Shown here piece after piece: positions 18,868 to 28,463 of a DNA stretch of 64,000 bases. The translations under genes and the position numbers were made by a program. The notes under the pieces were generated by a model. The model was not told the DNA's origin. It was given only the letters and a program-made list of their open reading frames with translations, and did no database searches. The DNA is from an uncultured Actinomycetota bacterium (GTDB lineage: Bacteria; Actinomycetota; Actinomycetes; Streptosporangiales; Streptosporangiaceae). The stretch spans positions 2,998,848 through 3,062,847 of the forward strand of contig CAWGMO010000002.1 in assembly GCA_963823735.1 (NCBI GenBank), in the 5' to 3' direction. Within the stretch, counting starts at the first letter, position 1. Each line of letters starts with the position of its first letter.

Positions 18868-19814
18868 ATGACCATCGCTCCCGAGGGCCGCAAGCTCCTT
18901 CGTGTGGAGGCGCGGAACGCCGAGACGCCGATCGAGCGTAAGCCGCCGTGGATCAAGACCCGGTTGAAGATGGGTCCTCAGTACCGTGAGCTGACGTCGC
19001 TGGTGCGTTCTGAAGGTCTGCACACGGTGTGTCAGGAGGCGGGTTGTCCCAACATCTATGAGTGCTGGGAGGACCGTGAGGCGACGTTTTTGATCGGTGG
19101 TGACCAGTGCACGCGCCGGTGTGACTTCTGCCAGATCGACACGGGTAAACCGGCCGCTTATGACCCGGATGAGCCGCGGCGGGTGGCCGAGTCGGTGGTG
19201 TCGATGGGGTTGCGGTACGCCACGATCACCGGGGTCGCGCGTGATGATCTGTCCGATGGTGGTGCGTGGCTGTACGCCGAGACGGTGCGTCAGATTCATG
19301 CGTTGATTCCGGGGTGTGGGGTGGAGTTGTTGATCCCGGACTTCAACGCGGTGCCCTCGCAGTTGGCGGAGGTGTTCTCCTCACGTCCTGAGGTTTTGGC
19401 GCACAACGTGGAGACGGTGCCGCGGATCTTCAAACGGATCCGTCCCGCGTTCCGGTACGAACGGTCCCTGGACGTCATCAGTCAGGCGCGGGCGGCGGGG
19501 TTGATCACCAAGTCGAACCTGATCCTGGGGATGGGTGAGACCCGCGCGGAGGTCACCCAGGCGATTCAAGTGATCTGCACGAGGCGGGGTGTGAGCTGTT
19601 GACGATCACCCAGTATCTGCGGCCCTCGCCGCGGCATCATCCGGTGGAGCGGTGGGTCAAGCCGGAGGAGTTCGTGGAGCTGAAGGCCGAAGCCGAACAG
19701 ATCGGCCTGGCCGGGGTGATGTCCGGACCCCTCGTACGCTCCAGCTACCGCGCCGGACGCCTCTACCAGCAGGCTCAGGAAGCACGGCGGGGCCAGCCCG
19801 CCGGCGCCGAATAA
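18868..19814 (+). pseudogene. lipA: lipoyl synthase LipA, apparent frameshift near 19570-19572
   Basis: Radical-SAM and auxiliary cluster motifs [12 protein letters not shown] and [10 protein letters not shown] are present. The reading frame breaks after ...RAEVTQAIQ. Shifting restores [34 protein letters not shown]... through to TAA at 19812-19814. Confidence 0.85.
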
Positions 19815-21187
19815 TGGCCATCAGCGTCTTCGATCTGTTCAAGATCGGCATCGGGCCGTCCAGTTCGCACACGGGCGGCCCGATGGTGGCGGCCCACCGG
19901 TTCGCCCGCGGCCTCGCCGACGACGGGCTGCTGGAGAAGACCGCGTCCGTCCACGTGATCCTCTACGGCTCGCTGGGGCTGACCGGCAAGGGACACGGCA
20001 GCGACAAGGCAGTCATCCTCGGCCTGGAGGGCGACGAGCCGGAGCTCGTCGACGTCGACGGCGTCGACGAGCGCCTGGCCCGCATCCGGTCGGCCGGCGT
20101 CATCCGCCTGTTCGGCGGGCAGGAGGTGCCGTTCGTCATCGGCGAGCACCTCATCTTCGAACGCAAGAAGTCACTCCCCCACCACCCCAACGGCATGCGC
20201 TTCACCGCCCGCGACGCCGACGGCACCTCGCTGCGCGAGCGCGTCTACTACTCCGTCGGCGGCGGCTTCGTGGTCGACGAGGCCGCCACCGGCGCGGACC
20301 GCATCAAACCCGACGACACCGAGGTGCCGTACCCCTTCGCCACCGGCGCCGAACTCCTCGCCCTCACCCACGAGACCGGCCTGTCGATCTCCGCGCTGAT
20401 GATGGAGAACGAGAAGGCGTTCGGCCTGGACGAGAAGGAGATCCGCGAGCGGCTGCTCCTGCTGTGGCAGGTCATGAAGGAGAGCGTGTCACGCGGCTGC
20501 GGCCACGAGGGCCTGCTCCCCGGCGGCCTGAAGGTACGCCGCCGAGCCCACCACCTGCACCGCAAACTCGTCACCGAGTCCGACGCCGACCCGCTGCGCG
20601 TCATGGACTGGGTGACCCTGTACGCCCTGGCCGTCAACGAGGAGAACGCCGCCGGCGGCCGAATCGTCACCGCCCCGACCAACGGCGCCGCCGGAATCGT
20701 CCCGGCAGTCCTGCACTACTACGACCGCTTCGTCCCCGGCGCCTCGGACGACGGCGTCGTACGCTTCCTCCTCACCGCCGGCGCGATGGGCGTCCTCATC
20801 AAGGAGAACGCCTCGATCTCCGGCGCGGAGGTCGGCTGCCAGGGCGAGGTGGGTTCGGCCTGCTCAATGGCCGCGGCCGGCCTCACGGACGTCCTGGGCG
20901 GCACCCCGGAACAGGTGGAGAACGCCGCCGAGATCGGCATCGAACACAACCTCGGCCTCACCTGCGACCCGGTCGGCGGCCTGGTCCAGGTCCCCTGCAT
21001 CGAACGCAACGCGGTCGCCTCCATCAAGGCCATCAGCGCCGCCCGGATCGCCCTCCGCGGCGACGGCCGCCACTTCGTCAGCCTCGACAAAGCGATCAAG
21101 ACGATGAGGGACACCGGCCGCGACATGCTCGACAAGTACAAGGAGACCTCACGCGGCGGCCTCGCCGTCAATGTCATCGAGTGCTGA
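19814..21187 (+). CDS. sdaA: L-serine ammonia-lyase (iron-sulfur dependent, single chain)
   Basis: [24 protein letters not shown]..., [15 protein letters not shown], and [17 protein letters not shown]. The ATG overlaps the lipA stop (TAATG). Confidence 0.9.
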   Translation: MAISVFDLFKIGIGPSSSHTGGPMVAAHRFARGLADDGLLEKTASVHVILYGSLGLTGKGHGSDKAVILGLEGDEPELVDVDGVDERLARIRSAGVIRLFGGQEVPFVIGEHLIFERKKSLPHHPNGMRFTARDADGTSLRERVYYSVGGGFVVDEAATGADRIKPDDTEVPYPFATGAELLALTHETGLSISALMMENEKAFGLDEKEIRERLLLLWQVMKESVSRGCGHEGLLPGGLKVRRRAHHLHRKLVTESDADPLRVMDWVTLYALAVNEENAAGGRIVTAPTNGAAGIVPAVLHYYDRFVPGASDDGVVRFLLTAGAMGVLIKENASISGAEVGCQGEVGSACSMAAAGLTDVLGGTPEQVENAAEIGIEHNLGLTCDPVGGLVQVPCIERNAVASIKAISAARIALRGDGRHFVSLDKAIKTMRDTGRDMLDKYKETSRGGLAVNVIEC

Positions 21188-21212
21188 GGTCTCGCGGCCT
21201 ACGGTGGAGGGC

Positions 21213-21974
21213 ATGACCTCATCCGATGACCTCACGGCGCGGCGGGCCTCCTCGTTCGGGGCTCAGGCCGGGGCGTACGCGGCGGAGCGGCCCGACTATC
21301 CCGAGGCCGCGATCCGGTGGGCGCTGGAGCCGGTTCTCGGGGGCGCGCCGCCGCGGGTTCTCGATCTGGCGGCCGGGACCGGGAAGCTCACCTCGGGGAT
21401 TCTGCGGCACACCGAGGATCTCGTCGCCGTCGAGCCGGACGCAGCGATGCTGGCCGAGTTGCGGCGTGGGCTGCCCGGCGTACGGGCGCTGGCCGGGGCG
21501 GCGGAGCGTATACCGCTCGGTGACTCGTCCGTGGACGCGGTGCTGGTCGGGCAGGCGCTGCACTGGTTCGATCTCGACCGGGCGATGCCGGAGATGGCGC
21601 GGGTTCTGCGGCCCGGCGGGGTGCTGGCGGGGCTGTGGAACCGGGACGACGACCGGGTGCCCTGGGTCGACGGGCTCAAGGACGCCTCCGGGCGTGGTGT
21701 CTCCTCCACGCGCAAGACCGGGCGTCCCTCCCTGGACCCCACGAAGGACTTTCCCGTGTTCGAGGTCGAGGAGTTCCCGCACGCTTGGCGGCGTACGGCG
21801 GAGTCCCTGGTCGCGACCATCGGTACCCACTCGCACGTGCTGGTCCTCGGCGACGAGCAGCGTGCCGAGCTGCTCGGGCGGACGCTGGACTACCTGCGGT
21901 CGACGCCTGAGACGGCCTCCGGGGAGTTCGACCTACCCCTGGCCACGATCACCGCGCGTGCGGTCCGCGTGTAG
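21213..21974 (+). CDS. class I SAM-dependent methyltransferase
   Basis: Motif I VLDLAAGTGKLT and post-I/II regions VDAVLVGQALHWF and LRPGGVLAGLWN. Start chosen at ATG 21213. Confidence 0.75.
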   Translation: MTSSDDLTARRASSFGAQAGAYAAERPDYPEAAIRWALEPVLGGAPPRVLDLAAGTGKLTSGILRHTEDLVAVEPDAAMLAELRRGLPGVRALAGAAERIPLGDSSVDAVLVGQALHWFDLDRAMPEMARVLRPGGVLAGLWNRDDDRVPWVDGLKDASGRGVSSTRKTGRPSLDPTKDFPVFEVEEFPHAWRRTAESLVATIGTHSHVLVLGDEQRAELLGRTLDYLRSTPETASGEFDLPLATITARAVRV

Positions 21975-22559
21975 GCCCTGCGCGCGTGAGGCGGTGTCGG
22001 GTACGTCCCACTCGCCGCGGTCGCCGGCGTTCAGGGTGTAGCGCACGCCGGTGATCTTCGCGGCTCGTGGCACGGCGAAGACGATGAAGCCGCTCGCGGC
22101 CTGGTCGTGGCGCAGCCGCAGGAGGCGTCCGAAGCCGCGGCCGGCCGAGACGGTGGCGACCGTGGGGTCGTACTCGTGCCCGGCCCCGTCGACGACCTTC
22201 GCGCCGTACGTGGGGCTGTCGTCGTACGTCGCGGTGCCGAGGTTCTTCAGGATGAACCGCACCGCCACGAACCGCTCGCCTTTACGCGGGATCTCGAAGT
22301 CGCCTTGACCGATCGCGGTGGAGACGACCTGCTGGACCTTGACTCCGAGCCGGAGCGCGCCCCCGGACGTGCTGGCGGCGGTGAGCAGAACGGCGGAGCC
22401 GACCTTCGCGTGCTGGACGCGTACGGGCGGTGAACCGTCGGGTGGCTCGGGGTTTTTCGCGGTCTGGGCGGCGCTGCCGCAACCGGCGAGCAGCACCGTC
22501 ATCACAGCGGCGAGAACCAGCCTTCGCACAGACGTCGCTTCCGTCGACAACCTTGACAA
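21933..22559 (-). CDS. lipoprotein with a DUF4352-like beta-sandwich domain
   Basis: Lipobox LLAGCGS after a signal peptide. Body FVAVRFILKNLGTATYDDSP...ASGFIVFAVP is typical of DUF4352. The 3' end overlaps the convergent methyltransferase by 42 nt. Confidence 0.65.
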   Translation of the reverse strand: MSRLSTEATSVRRLVLAAVMTVLLAGCGSAAQTAKNPEPPDGSPPVRVQHAKVGSAVLLTAASTSGGALRLGVKVQQVVSTAIGQGDFEIPRKGERFVAVRFILKNLGTATYDDSPTYGAKVVDGAGHEYDPTVATVSAGRGFGRLLRLRHDQAASGFIVFAVPRAAKITGVRYTLNAGDRGEWDVPDTASRAQGLHADRTRGDRGQG

Positions 22560-22621
22560 CGGCCGATGATAGAGGCGGGACGGCTGTCAAGGCGACAGAG
22601 TGGGCGAGTCAGTACGAAGGA

Positions 22622-23869
22622 TCACGGATTCAGCCGCCGCAGGGCGAGTTCGGCGAGCAGGAGCGCACCGTCGGACAGCACCGCGTCGTCGAACACCGCG
22701 TCGGCGGCGTGGTTGAACGGCGCGGCGGCGGAGTCGCGCTCCGGCGGGCAGGCGCCCAGGAAGACGAACGCCCCCGGCACCTCCTCCAGGATGTAGGAGA
22801 AGTCCTCGCCGGTGGTCATCGGCGTCTCCGCCCAGGTGAAACGCTCCTGGCCGTACAGCTCGCGGATCGTGGCGGCGGCGAACTCCGCCTCCACGTCGTC
22901 GTTGATCGTGACCGGGTAGCTGATGTCCAGGTGCACGTCGGCGGTGAGGCCGTGGGCGGCGGCGATGCTCTCCACGACCTGCCGTACGCCGGAGTTGGCG
23001 CGGGCGTGGGCGGCGTGGGAGAACGAGCGCAGCGTCAGCTCGAAGCGTGCCTCGTCGGAGATGATGTTGGCCTTCGTCCCGGCGTGGAAGCTGCCGACGG
23101 TGAGCACGACCGGGTCGAACGCGTCGAAGGACCGGGTCACGAACGTCTGCAACGCCGTGATCATCTCGCAGGCGGCCGGGATCGGGTCCTTGGCGAGGTG
23201 CGGCTGCGACCCGTGGCCGCCCTTGCCGCGCACGACGACGTGCAGCTCGTCGGCGGCGGCCATCATCGGCCCGCGGCGGGTCATGAAGCGCCCGCCCGGC
23301 AGCAGGCCCGACGTGACGTGCAGCGCGAACGCGGCGACGGGCCGCTCTCCGGTGGCGTCGAGGACGCCCTCCTCGATCATCTTCTTGGCGCCGGCGAAGC
23401 CCTCCTCGCCGGGCTGGAACATGAAGATGACGCTCCCCGCCAGCTCGCCGCCGATGGACTCGGGGACCTCGCCGGCGGCCGTGACCGCCGCGGCCTGGTC
23501 GCCGGCCACACCGGACAGGAGCCGTGCCGCGCCGACGAGCATCGCGGCGTGCAGGTCGTGCCCGCAGGCGTGCATGCGGGCCTTGTCCTCGGAGGCGTAC
23601 GCGACGCCGGACCGCTCGGTCAGCGGCAGCGCGTCCATGTCGGCGCGCAGGAGCACGGTCGGACCGGGCGACGTGCCGCGCAGGACCGCGATCACCGACG
23701 ACAGCGAGACGCCCGCCACGATCTCCAGCGGCAGGCCCTTCAGGGCCGCGAGGATCTTCTCCTGCGTACGAGGCAGATCCAGCCCCAGTTCAGGGTCTCG
23801 ATGCAGGGACCTGCGGAGCCGTACGAGGTCGTCCTGAAGATCGTCGGCGGCGACGCGCAAGGAAGACAT
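22622..23869 (-). CDS. M20-family amidohydrolase (N-acyl-amino acid / hippurate hydrolase-like)
   Basis: Carries LRADMDALP, MHACGHDLH, FMFQPGEEG and GKGGHGSQPH motifs. There is a roughly 20-aa Ala/Gly-rich insertion before the FQPGEEG motif. Confidence 0.85.
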   Translation of the reverse strand: MSSLRVAADDLQDDLVRLRRSLHRDPELGLDLPRTQEKILAALKGLPLEIVAGVSLSSVIAVLRGTSPGPTVLLRADMDALPLTERSGVAYASEDKARMHACGHDLHAAMLVGAARLLSGVAGDQAAAVTAAGEVPESIGGELAGSVIFMFQPGEEGFAGAKKMIEEGVLDATGERPVAAFALHVTSGLLPGGRFMTRRGPMMAAADELHVVVRGKGGHGSQPHLAKDPIPAACEMITALQTFVTRSFDAFDPVVLTVGSFHAGTKANIISDEARFELTLRSFSHAAHARANSGVRQVVESIAAAHGLTADVHLDISYPVTINDDVEAEFAAATIRELYGQERFTWAETPMTTGEDFSYILEEVPGAFVFLGACPPERDSAAAPFNHAADAVFDDAVLSDGALLLAELALRRLNP

Positions 23870-23875
23870 GGCGTC

Positions 23876-24412
23876 TCACCATACGCGTCGATCCTTGACC
23901 GGTTCGGGCCCTACCACGCGAAAGTCAATGATGCCGCCCATGTCCGGACGGTCGAGCGTGGTGCGCAGCCGGACCATGGCGTCGTAGCGGATCCGGTCGC
24001 CGAGTTCCCCCAGGTCGGCGCCGTCTCCGCAGGTGACGTTGACCCGGATCCAGGGCCTGCGCCCGGTTCCGACGAGCCGGGTCCGCACCCGGCGCACACC
24101 GGCGTACGAGCGGACGTCGGTCGTGATCGCGCGGGTGGCGACGCGCGCCGCCATCCGGGTCGCGCCCGCGCCGCCGTCGCCCATCGCCAGCCTGCGCAGA
24201 CGCCGGCCGCGTACCTGCGCGGCGAGCCAGCAGAACCCCAGCAGCGCGACGGCGCCCGCACCGGCGCCCACCGCGGGCGCGGGTGGCGTACCGAACGGCA
24301 GCGGCCGTGCGGCGTACGCGCGCCCGAAGGCACCGAGACCGCCGGCCGCCGCCGCGCCGCCCGCGGCGAGGAGGACGAGGCCGGTGAGGGCCAGCCACAC
24401 GCGGTTCCGCAT
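23876..24412 (-). CDS. AmaP-like membrane anchor protein (alkaline-shock/Asp23-cluster type)
   Basis: N-terminal TM MRNRVWLALTGLVLLAAGGAAAAGGLGAFG, a second TM, then a soluble tail. This layout matches AmaP-family proteins. The assignment rests on pattern recall only. Confidence 0.55.
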   Translation of the reverse strand: MRNRVWLALTGLVLLAAGGAAAAGGLGAFGRAYAARPLPFGTPPAPAVGAGAGAVALLGFCWLAAQVRGRRLRRLAMGDGGAGATRMAARVATRAITTDVRSYAGVRRVRTRLVGTGRRPWIRVNVTCGDGADLGELGDRIRYDAMVRLRTTLDRPDMGGIIDFRVVGPEPVKDRRVW

Positions 24413-24413
24413 G

Positions 24414-25010
24414 TCAGTCCTTCCGGTGGCTGAGGTGGACGGCCACGCGGGTGCGCCGTACGGGGTCGAGTTCGTCCAGCCGGTCGCGTACGGCGTCGGA
24501 GAGCCGGCCGGCGAGATCGCCGGGATTGCGGAGGCTGGTGAACGCCCGCACCGTCGCGCACGGCCGCAGCCGCCCGCGCAGGCGTACGTTCACCTCGTCG
24601 ACGCCCGGGACCAGCAGGGACTCCGCGGCCAGCGCCGAGCGCAGCGACGACCGGCGCAGGCCGATGACGAACGCGGGGTCGTCTCCGGTGAGCGGGACCG
24701 TACGCGTGCGGCCGGGCAGCATCGCCGACAGCAGGAGAAGCAGCCCGGCGAACGCGACGCACGCCGCCGCGCCCATGACGCCCGGATCGTCCGGGCGTAC
24801 CGTGCGCTGCGGCAACGGCGGGTGGCCGAGCATCGAGAACACGACCTGCGCGGCCACCGTGGCACCGGCGAGGATCAGCAGGGACGCTGCGAGGACCGAC
24901 GGGACGACCCGCCGCGGCCGGAACGCCCGCACCGCCGCCCGCCGTGCCCCGGAATGATCGGGTACGAGCAGCTCATCGGCGGACACCAGCTCTAATGATT
25001 TGACACTCAC
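24414..25010 (-). CDS. DUF6286-like membrane protein
   Basis: Two TM spans (VLAASLLILAGATVAAQVVF, AAACVAFAGLLLLLSAML) precede a C-terminal soluble region. It is adjacent to and co-oriented with the AmaP-like gene, as is usual for this pair. Confidence 0.5.
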   Translation of the reverse strand: MSVKSLELVSADELLVPDHSGARRAAVRAFRPRRVVPSVLAASLLILAGATVAAQVVFSMLGHPPLPQRTVRPDDPGVMGAAACVAFAGLLLLLSAMLPGRTRTVPLTGDDPAFVIGLRRSSLRSALAAESLLVPGVDEVNVRLRGRLRPCATVRAFTSLRNPGDLAGRLSDAVRDRLDELDPVRRTRVAVHLSHRKD

Positions 25011-25056
25011 GGCGACATTAGAGCAGGTCAGTGCCGTCTTTCCTGCGAGTGTTCGG

Positions 25057-25896
25057 TCAGCTGAAGACCACGGTGCGGTCGGCGTTGAGGAACACCCGGT
25101 GCTCGGTGTGCCAGCGCACCGCCCGCGCCAGCGCGAGGCACTCCATGTCGCGGCCCACCGCCATCAGCTCCGCAGGCCCCTGCGAGTGCCCGACCCGCGC
25201 GACCTCCTGCTCGATGATCGGCCCCTCGTCGAGGTCCGCCGTGACGTAGTGCGCGGTGGCGCCGATGAGCTTCACGCCGCGCTCGTGCGCCTGGTGGTAC
25301 GGCCTGGCGCCCTTGAAGCCGGGCAGGAACGAATGGTGGATATTGATGATCCGGCCGGGCAGCTTCGCGCAGAAGTCCTCCGACAGCACCTGCATGTACC
25401 GGGCGAGCACGACGAGGTCCGCCTGGGTGCGCTCGGCCAGCGCGAGGATCTCCGCCTCCTGTGCGGCCCTGGTCGCGGCCGTCACGGGCAGATGGTGGTA
25501 GTCGACGCCGTACGACTGGGTCAGCGGCCGCAGGTCCGGATGGTTCGAGACGACCGCGACGACGTCGATGCCGAGCAGGCCGGAGCGCTGGCGGTACAGC
25601 AGGTCGTTCAGGCAGTGCCCCTGCGCGGACACCAGGATCAGGACCTTGGACTTCTCGTCCAGGTCGTGCAGGGCCCACTCCAGCGCGAACTCCGGCTCCA
25701 GCGCGCGGAAGTCCTTCGCGAGCTCGACACCGTCGTCCGCGTCGAACTGGGTCCGCATGAAGAACCGCCCGGTGCCGCGGTCCCCGAACTGCTGGCTCTC
25801 CACGATGTTGCACCCGCGCGCCGCGAGCACCCCCGAGACGGCCGCCACGATCCCCGGCCGGTCGGGACAGGAGACGGTCAGCACGCCACGCTTCAT
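25057..25896 (-). CDS. purU: formyltetrahydrofolate deformylase
   Basis: An ACT domain (VLTVSCPDRPGIVAAVSGVLAARGCNIVESQQF) is followed by a formyl-transferase domain (IINIHHSFLPGFKGARPYHQA, GATAHYVT). The start could also be the ATG at 25944. Confidence 0.9.
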   Translation of the reverse strand: MKRGVLTVSCPDRPGIVAAVSGVLAARGCNIVESQQFGDRGTGRFFMRTQFDADDGVELAKDFRALEPEFALEWALHDLDEKSKVLILVSAQGHCLNDLLYRQRSGLLGIDVVAVVSNHPDLRPLTQSYGVDYHHLPVTAATRAAQEAEILALAERTQADLVVLARYMQVLSEDFCAKLPGRIINIHHSFLPGFKGARPYHQAHERGVKLIGATAHYVTADLDEGPIIEQEVARVGHSQGPAELMAVGRDMECLALARAVRWHTEHRVFLNADRTVVFS

Positions 25897-26072
25897 ATCC
25901 GGCGAGCGTACGGTCAACGCCCGCGCCGATCCCTCGCCGACCATCAGGAGTAGGCAAAGCTTGCCGCCACAGGCCCGAATGGGCGGAGGGTCGACGGGAC
26001 CGCGCCCCATACTTCACCCGGCGGACCAGGACATTTAACGCCCACGGCGCCCGGCCGCCGCAACCGGGGAGC

Positions 26073-28424
26073 ATGCTCCCGAGTGCCGCTCACAGGACGT
26101 CACAGGGAGACCCGTTGCCGCGACGCCCAGCCATCATCCCGGCCCTGCTGACCACGCTGACGCTCCTCCTCCTGCTGCCGTCGCCCGCGGCAGCGGCACC
26201 GTCACCGGCGCCGAGCGGACGGGTGGTGCTGATCGGGATACCCGGCCTGCAGTGGAGCGACATCGGCCCGTCCGCGACGCCGAACCTGTGGCGGCTGGCG
26301 GACCAGGGCGGCACCGGGGTGCTGTCGGTCAAGGCCGTCGGCAGCCGTACCTGCCCCGGCGACGGATGGGTCACGGTGTCGGCGGGCGCGAGATCCGCCG
26401 CCGGCGACTACTGCGACCACCCCGTCACGATCACCCCGGCCGCCGGGGCGGGCGCCGTGGTGGCGGAGGTACCGTCGATCCGGCACGCCAACGCGGGCTT
26501 CGGCCCGGTCGGCCTCCTAGGAGACACCGTCCACCGGTCCGGCGGATGCACCACCGCCGTCGGCACGGGCGCCGCCCTGGCCACCGCCGACTCCACGGGC
26601 CACGTCGACGCGTACTACCAGTCCCCCACTACCGTCCCGCAGAACGCGTGGACCCACTGCCCGGTCACGGTCGTCGACGCCGGCCCCGTGAACGCCCCCA
26701 CCACCCCGACCTCCGCGCCCGGCGCTTCTAACGCCCCGGCCTCCGCGACCGGCAGCGCTCGGAAGGGCGCGCCCACGACACCCACCGCGACCGGCGACAT
26801 CGTCCCCCTCACGGCCACCACCCCGCGCCACGCCGACTCCGTCGGGCGTCGCACCGACGCCAAGGACTCGGGCCGCGCGGGCCTGGCCGGCGCGTACCGC
26901 GTCGGCTCCGGCGGTGTCTTTCGTAGCGGCGACGCGCGGCAGGTGCAGGCGGGGCAGGTGGACGCCGTCGTCGGTGGGGTGCTGGCGCGGCTGGGCGCCG
27001 GGACGACCGTCGTCGTCGCCGGGGTGGCGGACCACGATCGGACGCCTCACCTGCGGGCCGTGATCGCCACCGGGGCGGACACGCGGGGGCGGTATCTCGG
27101 GTCGGACTCCACCCGCCGCGACGACATGGTGATCCTTCCCGACCTCACCGCCTCCCTCCTGGCCGGGGCGAGGATCAAGGCGCCTCCGGAGCTCATCGGG
27201 ACGCCTCTCACGCCCGACGCCGACCGGCCCCGGGCGCTCGCCGACACCGTCCACGATCTCGCGTCGCAGGACGTCGCCGCGCAGACGCACCGGAACCTCC
27301 TGCCCAGGTTCTTCGAAGCCTTCGTGATCGGGCAGATCCTCTTCTACGGTGCCGCCGCGATCGCGCTGCGGAGGCGCAAGACGGACCACCGGCGCAGGAT
27401 CATGGCCGCGACCCGGCTGACGGCGCTCGCCGCGGCGGCGGTTCCCGTCTCGGCGTACCTCGTCAACGTGTTCCCCTGGTGGCATACCGGTCATCCGACC
27501 TTCTGGCTGGTGGCGGGCATCGGGGTGGCGGACGCGCTGGCGGTGGCCGTCGCGATGGCCGGGCCCTGGCGGCGTGCCATCCTCGGGCCCGGCACGGTGA
27601 TCGCCGGGCTGACGGCCGCGGTGCTCGGGGCCGATCTGCTGACCGGCAGCAGCCTCCAGGTGAACAGCCTGATGGGGTACTCGCCGCTGATCGGCGGCCG
27701 GTACTACGGCATGGGCAACATCGCGTTCGCGGTGCTGGCGACGTCGACGCTGCTCGCCTCCGCCGGGGTCGCGCACTGGCTGGAGCCGCTGCGCGGGCGC
27801 CGGGTGGCGGTGGCCGCCGTGCTCGCGATGACGATCACGGCGGCGGTGCTGGACAGCTGGACGGCGTGGGGCAGCGACTTCGGCGGCCTGATCGCGTTCG
27901 TTCCCGGCCTGTCCACGACGGCGCTGCTCGTGGCCGGGCGAAGGGTGTCGTTCATCAAGCTCCAGCTGCTGCGCGCGACCGGGATGGCGCTCGTGCTCGG
28001 CATGGCCTACATCGACTATCTGCGGCCGCCGGGACGCCGGACGCACATGGGCCGGTTCTTCGCCCAGCTCGTCCAGGGTGACGCGATGCCCTGGCTCGAA
28101 CGCAAGTTCACCGCGATGGCGCACACGTTCGGCAACCTGACGCTCATGCCCATCGTGGTCGTGGCGGTGCTGTTCCTCACGCTGGTGCTGTACCGGCCGA
28201 GCCGGGCGGGCGCCGGTGGGCTCCAGCTCGCGTACGAACGGGCGCCGATGCTGCGGGCCGGACTGTCCGGGGCCTTCGTGACGGCGCTCGTGGGCGGCGC
28301 GGTGAACGACTCGGGGATCGCGGTTCCGGCGCTGACGCTGGCGGTCGCGGTTCCGCTGGCGCTCGCGGCCGTCGTGTTCGCGCTCGTGGCACGCGACGAT
28401 TCGGTGGCCACGGCCGGCCCCTGA
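26073..28424 (+). CDS. large integral membrane protein with an N-terminal extracytoplasmic domain, function unknown
   Basis: 783-aa ORF. It has a signal/anchor, a roughly 380-aa exported domain (VVLIGIPGLQWSDIGPSATPNLWRLADQGGTG...) with an Ala/Thr/Pro-rich linker, then about 10 TM spans. The start codon is uncertain. Confidence 0.6.
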   Translation: MLPSAAHRTSQGDPLPRRPAIIPALLTTLTLLLLLPSPAAAAPSPAPSGRVVLIGIPGLQWSDIGPSATPNLWRLADQGGTGVLSVKAVGSRTCPGDGWVTVSAGARSAAGDYCDHPVTITPAAGAGAVVAEVPSIRHANAGFGPVGLLGDTVHRSGGCTTAVGTGAALATADSTGHVDAYYQSPTTVPQNAWTHCPVTVVDAGPVNAPTTPTSAPGASNAPASATGSARKGAPTTPTATGDIVPLTATTPRHADSVGRRTDAKDSGRAGLAGAYRVGSGGVFRSGDARQVQAGQVDAVVGGVLARLGAGTTVVVAGVADHDRTPHLRAVIATGADTRGRYLGSDSTRRDDMVILPDLTASLLAGARIKAPPELIGTPLTPDADRPRALADTVHDLASQDVAAQTHRNLLPRFFEAFVIGQILFYGAAAIALRRRKTDHRRRIMAATRLTALAAAAVPVSAYLVNVFPWWHTGHPTFWLVAGIGVADALAVAVAMAGPWRRAILGPGTVIAGLTAAVLGADLLTGSSLQVNSLMGYSPLIGGRYYGMGNIAFAVLATSTLLASAGVAHWLEPLRGRRVAVAAVLAMTITAAVLDSWTAWGSDFGGLIAFVPGLSTTALLVAGRRVSFIKLQLLRATGMALVLGMAYIDYLRPPGRRTHMGRFFAQLVQGDAMPWLERKFTAMAHTFGNLTLMPIVVVAVLFLTLVLYRPSRAGAGGLQLAYERAPMLRAGLSGAFVTALVGGAVNDSGIAVPALTLAVAVPLALAAVVFALVARDDSVATAGP

Positions 28425-28463
28425 TGGGCGGATTTTCCGGTACGTGAACACTTCTCATATTCC

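Noticed and set aside
19560-19600. Programmed ribosomal frameshifting in lipA, and likewise in rph, rdgB, cysM and pncB.
   Set aside because: None of the shift sites has a slippery X_XXY_YYZ-type heptamer or an obvious downstream stimulatory structure. These gene families are not known to use recoding. Indel error is the simpler explanation.
21933-21974. A 42-nt convergent overlap of the methyltransferase and DUF4352 lipoprotein 3' ends.
   Set aside because: Short convergent overlaps are common in compact high-GC genomes. There is no structure or motif beyond the two stop codons.
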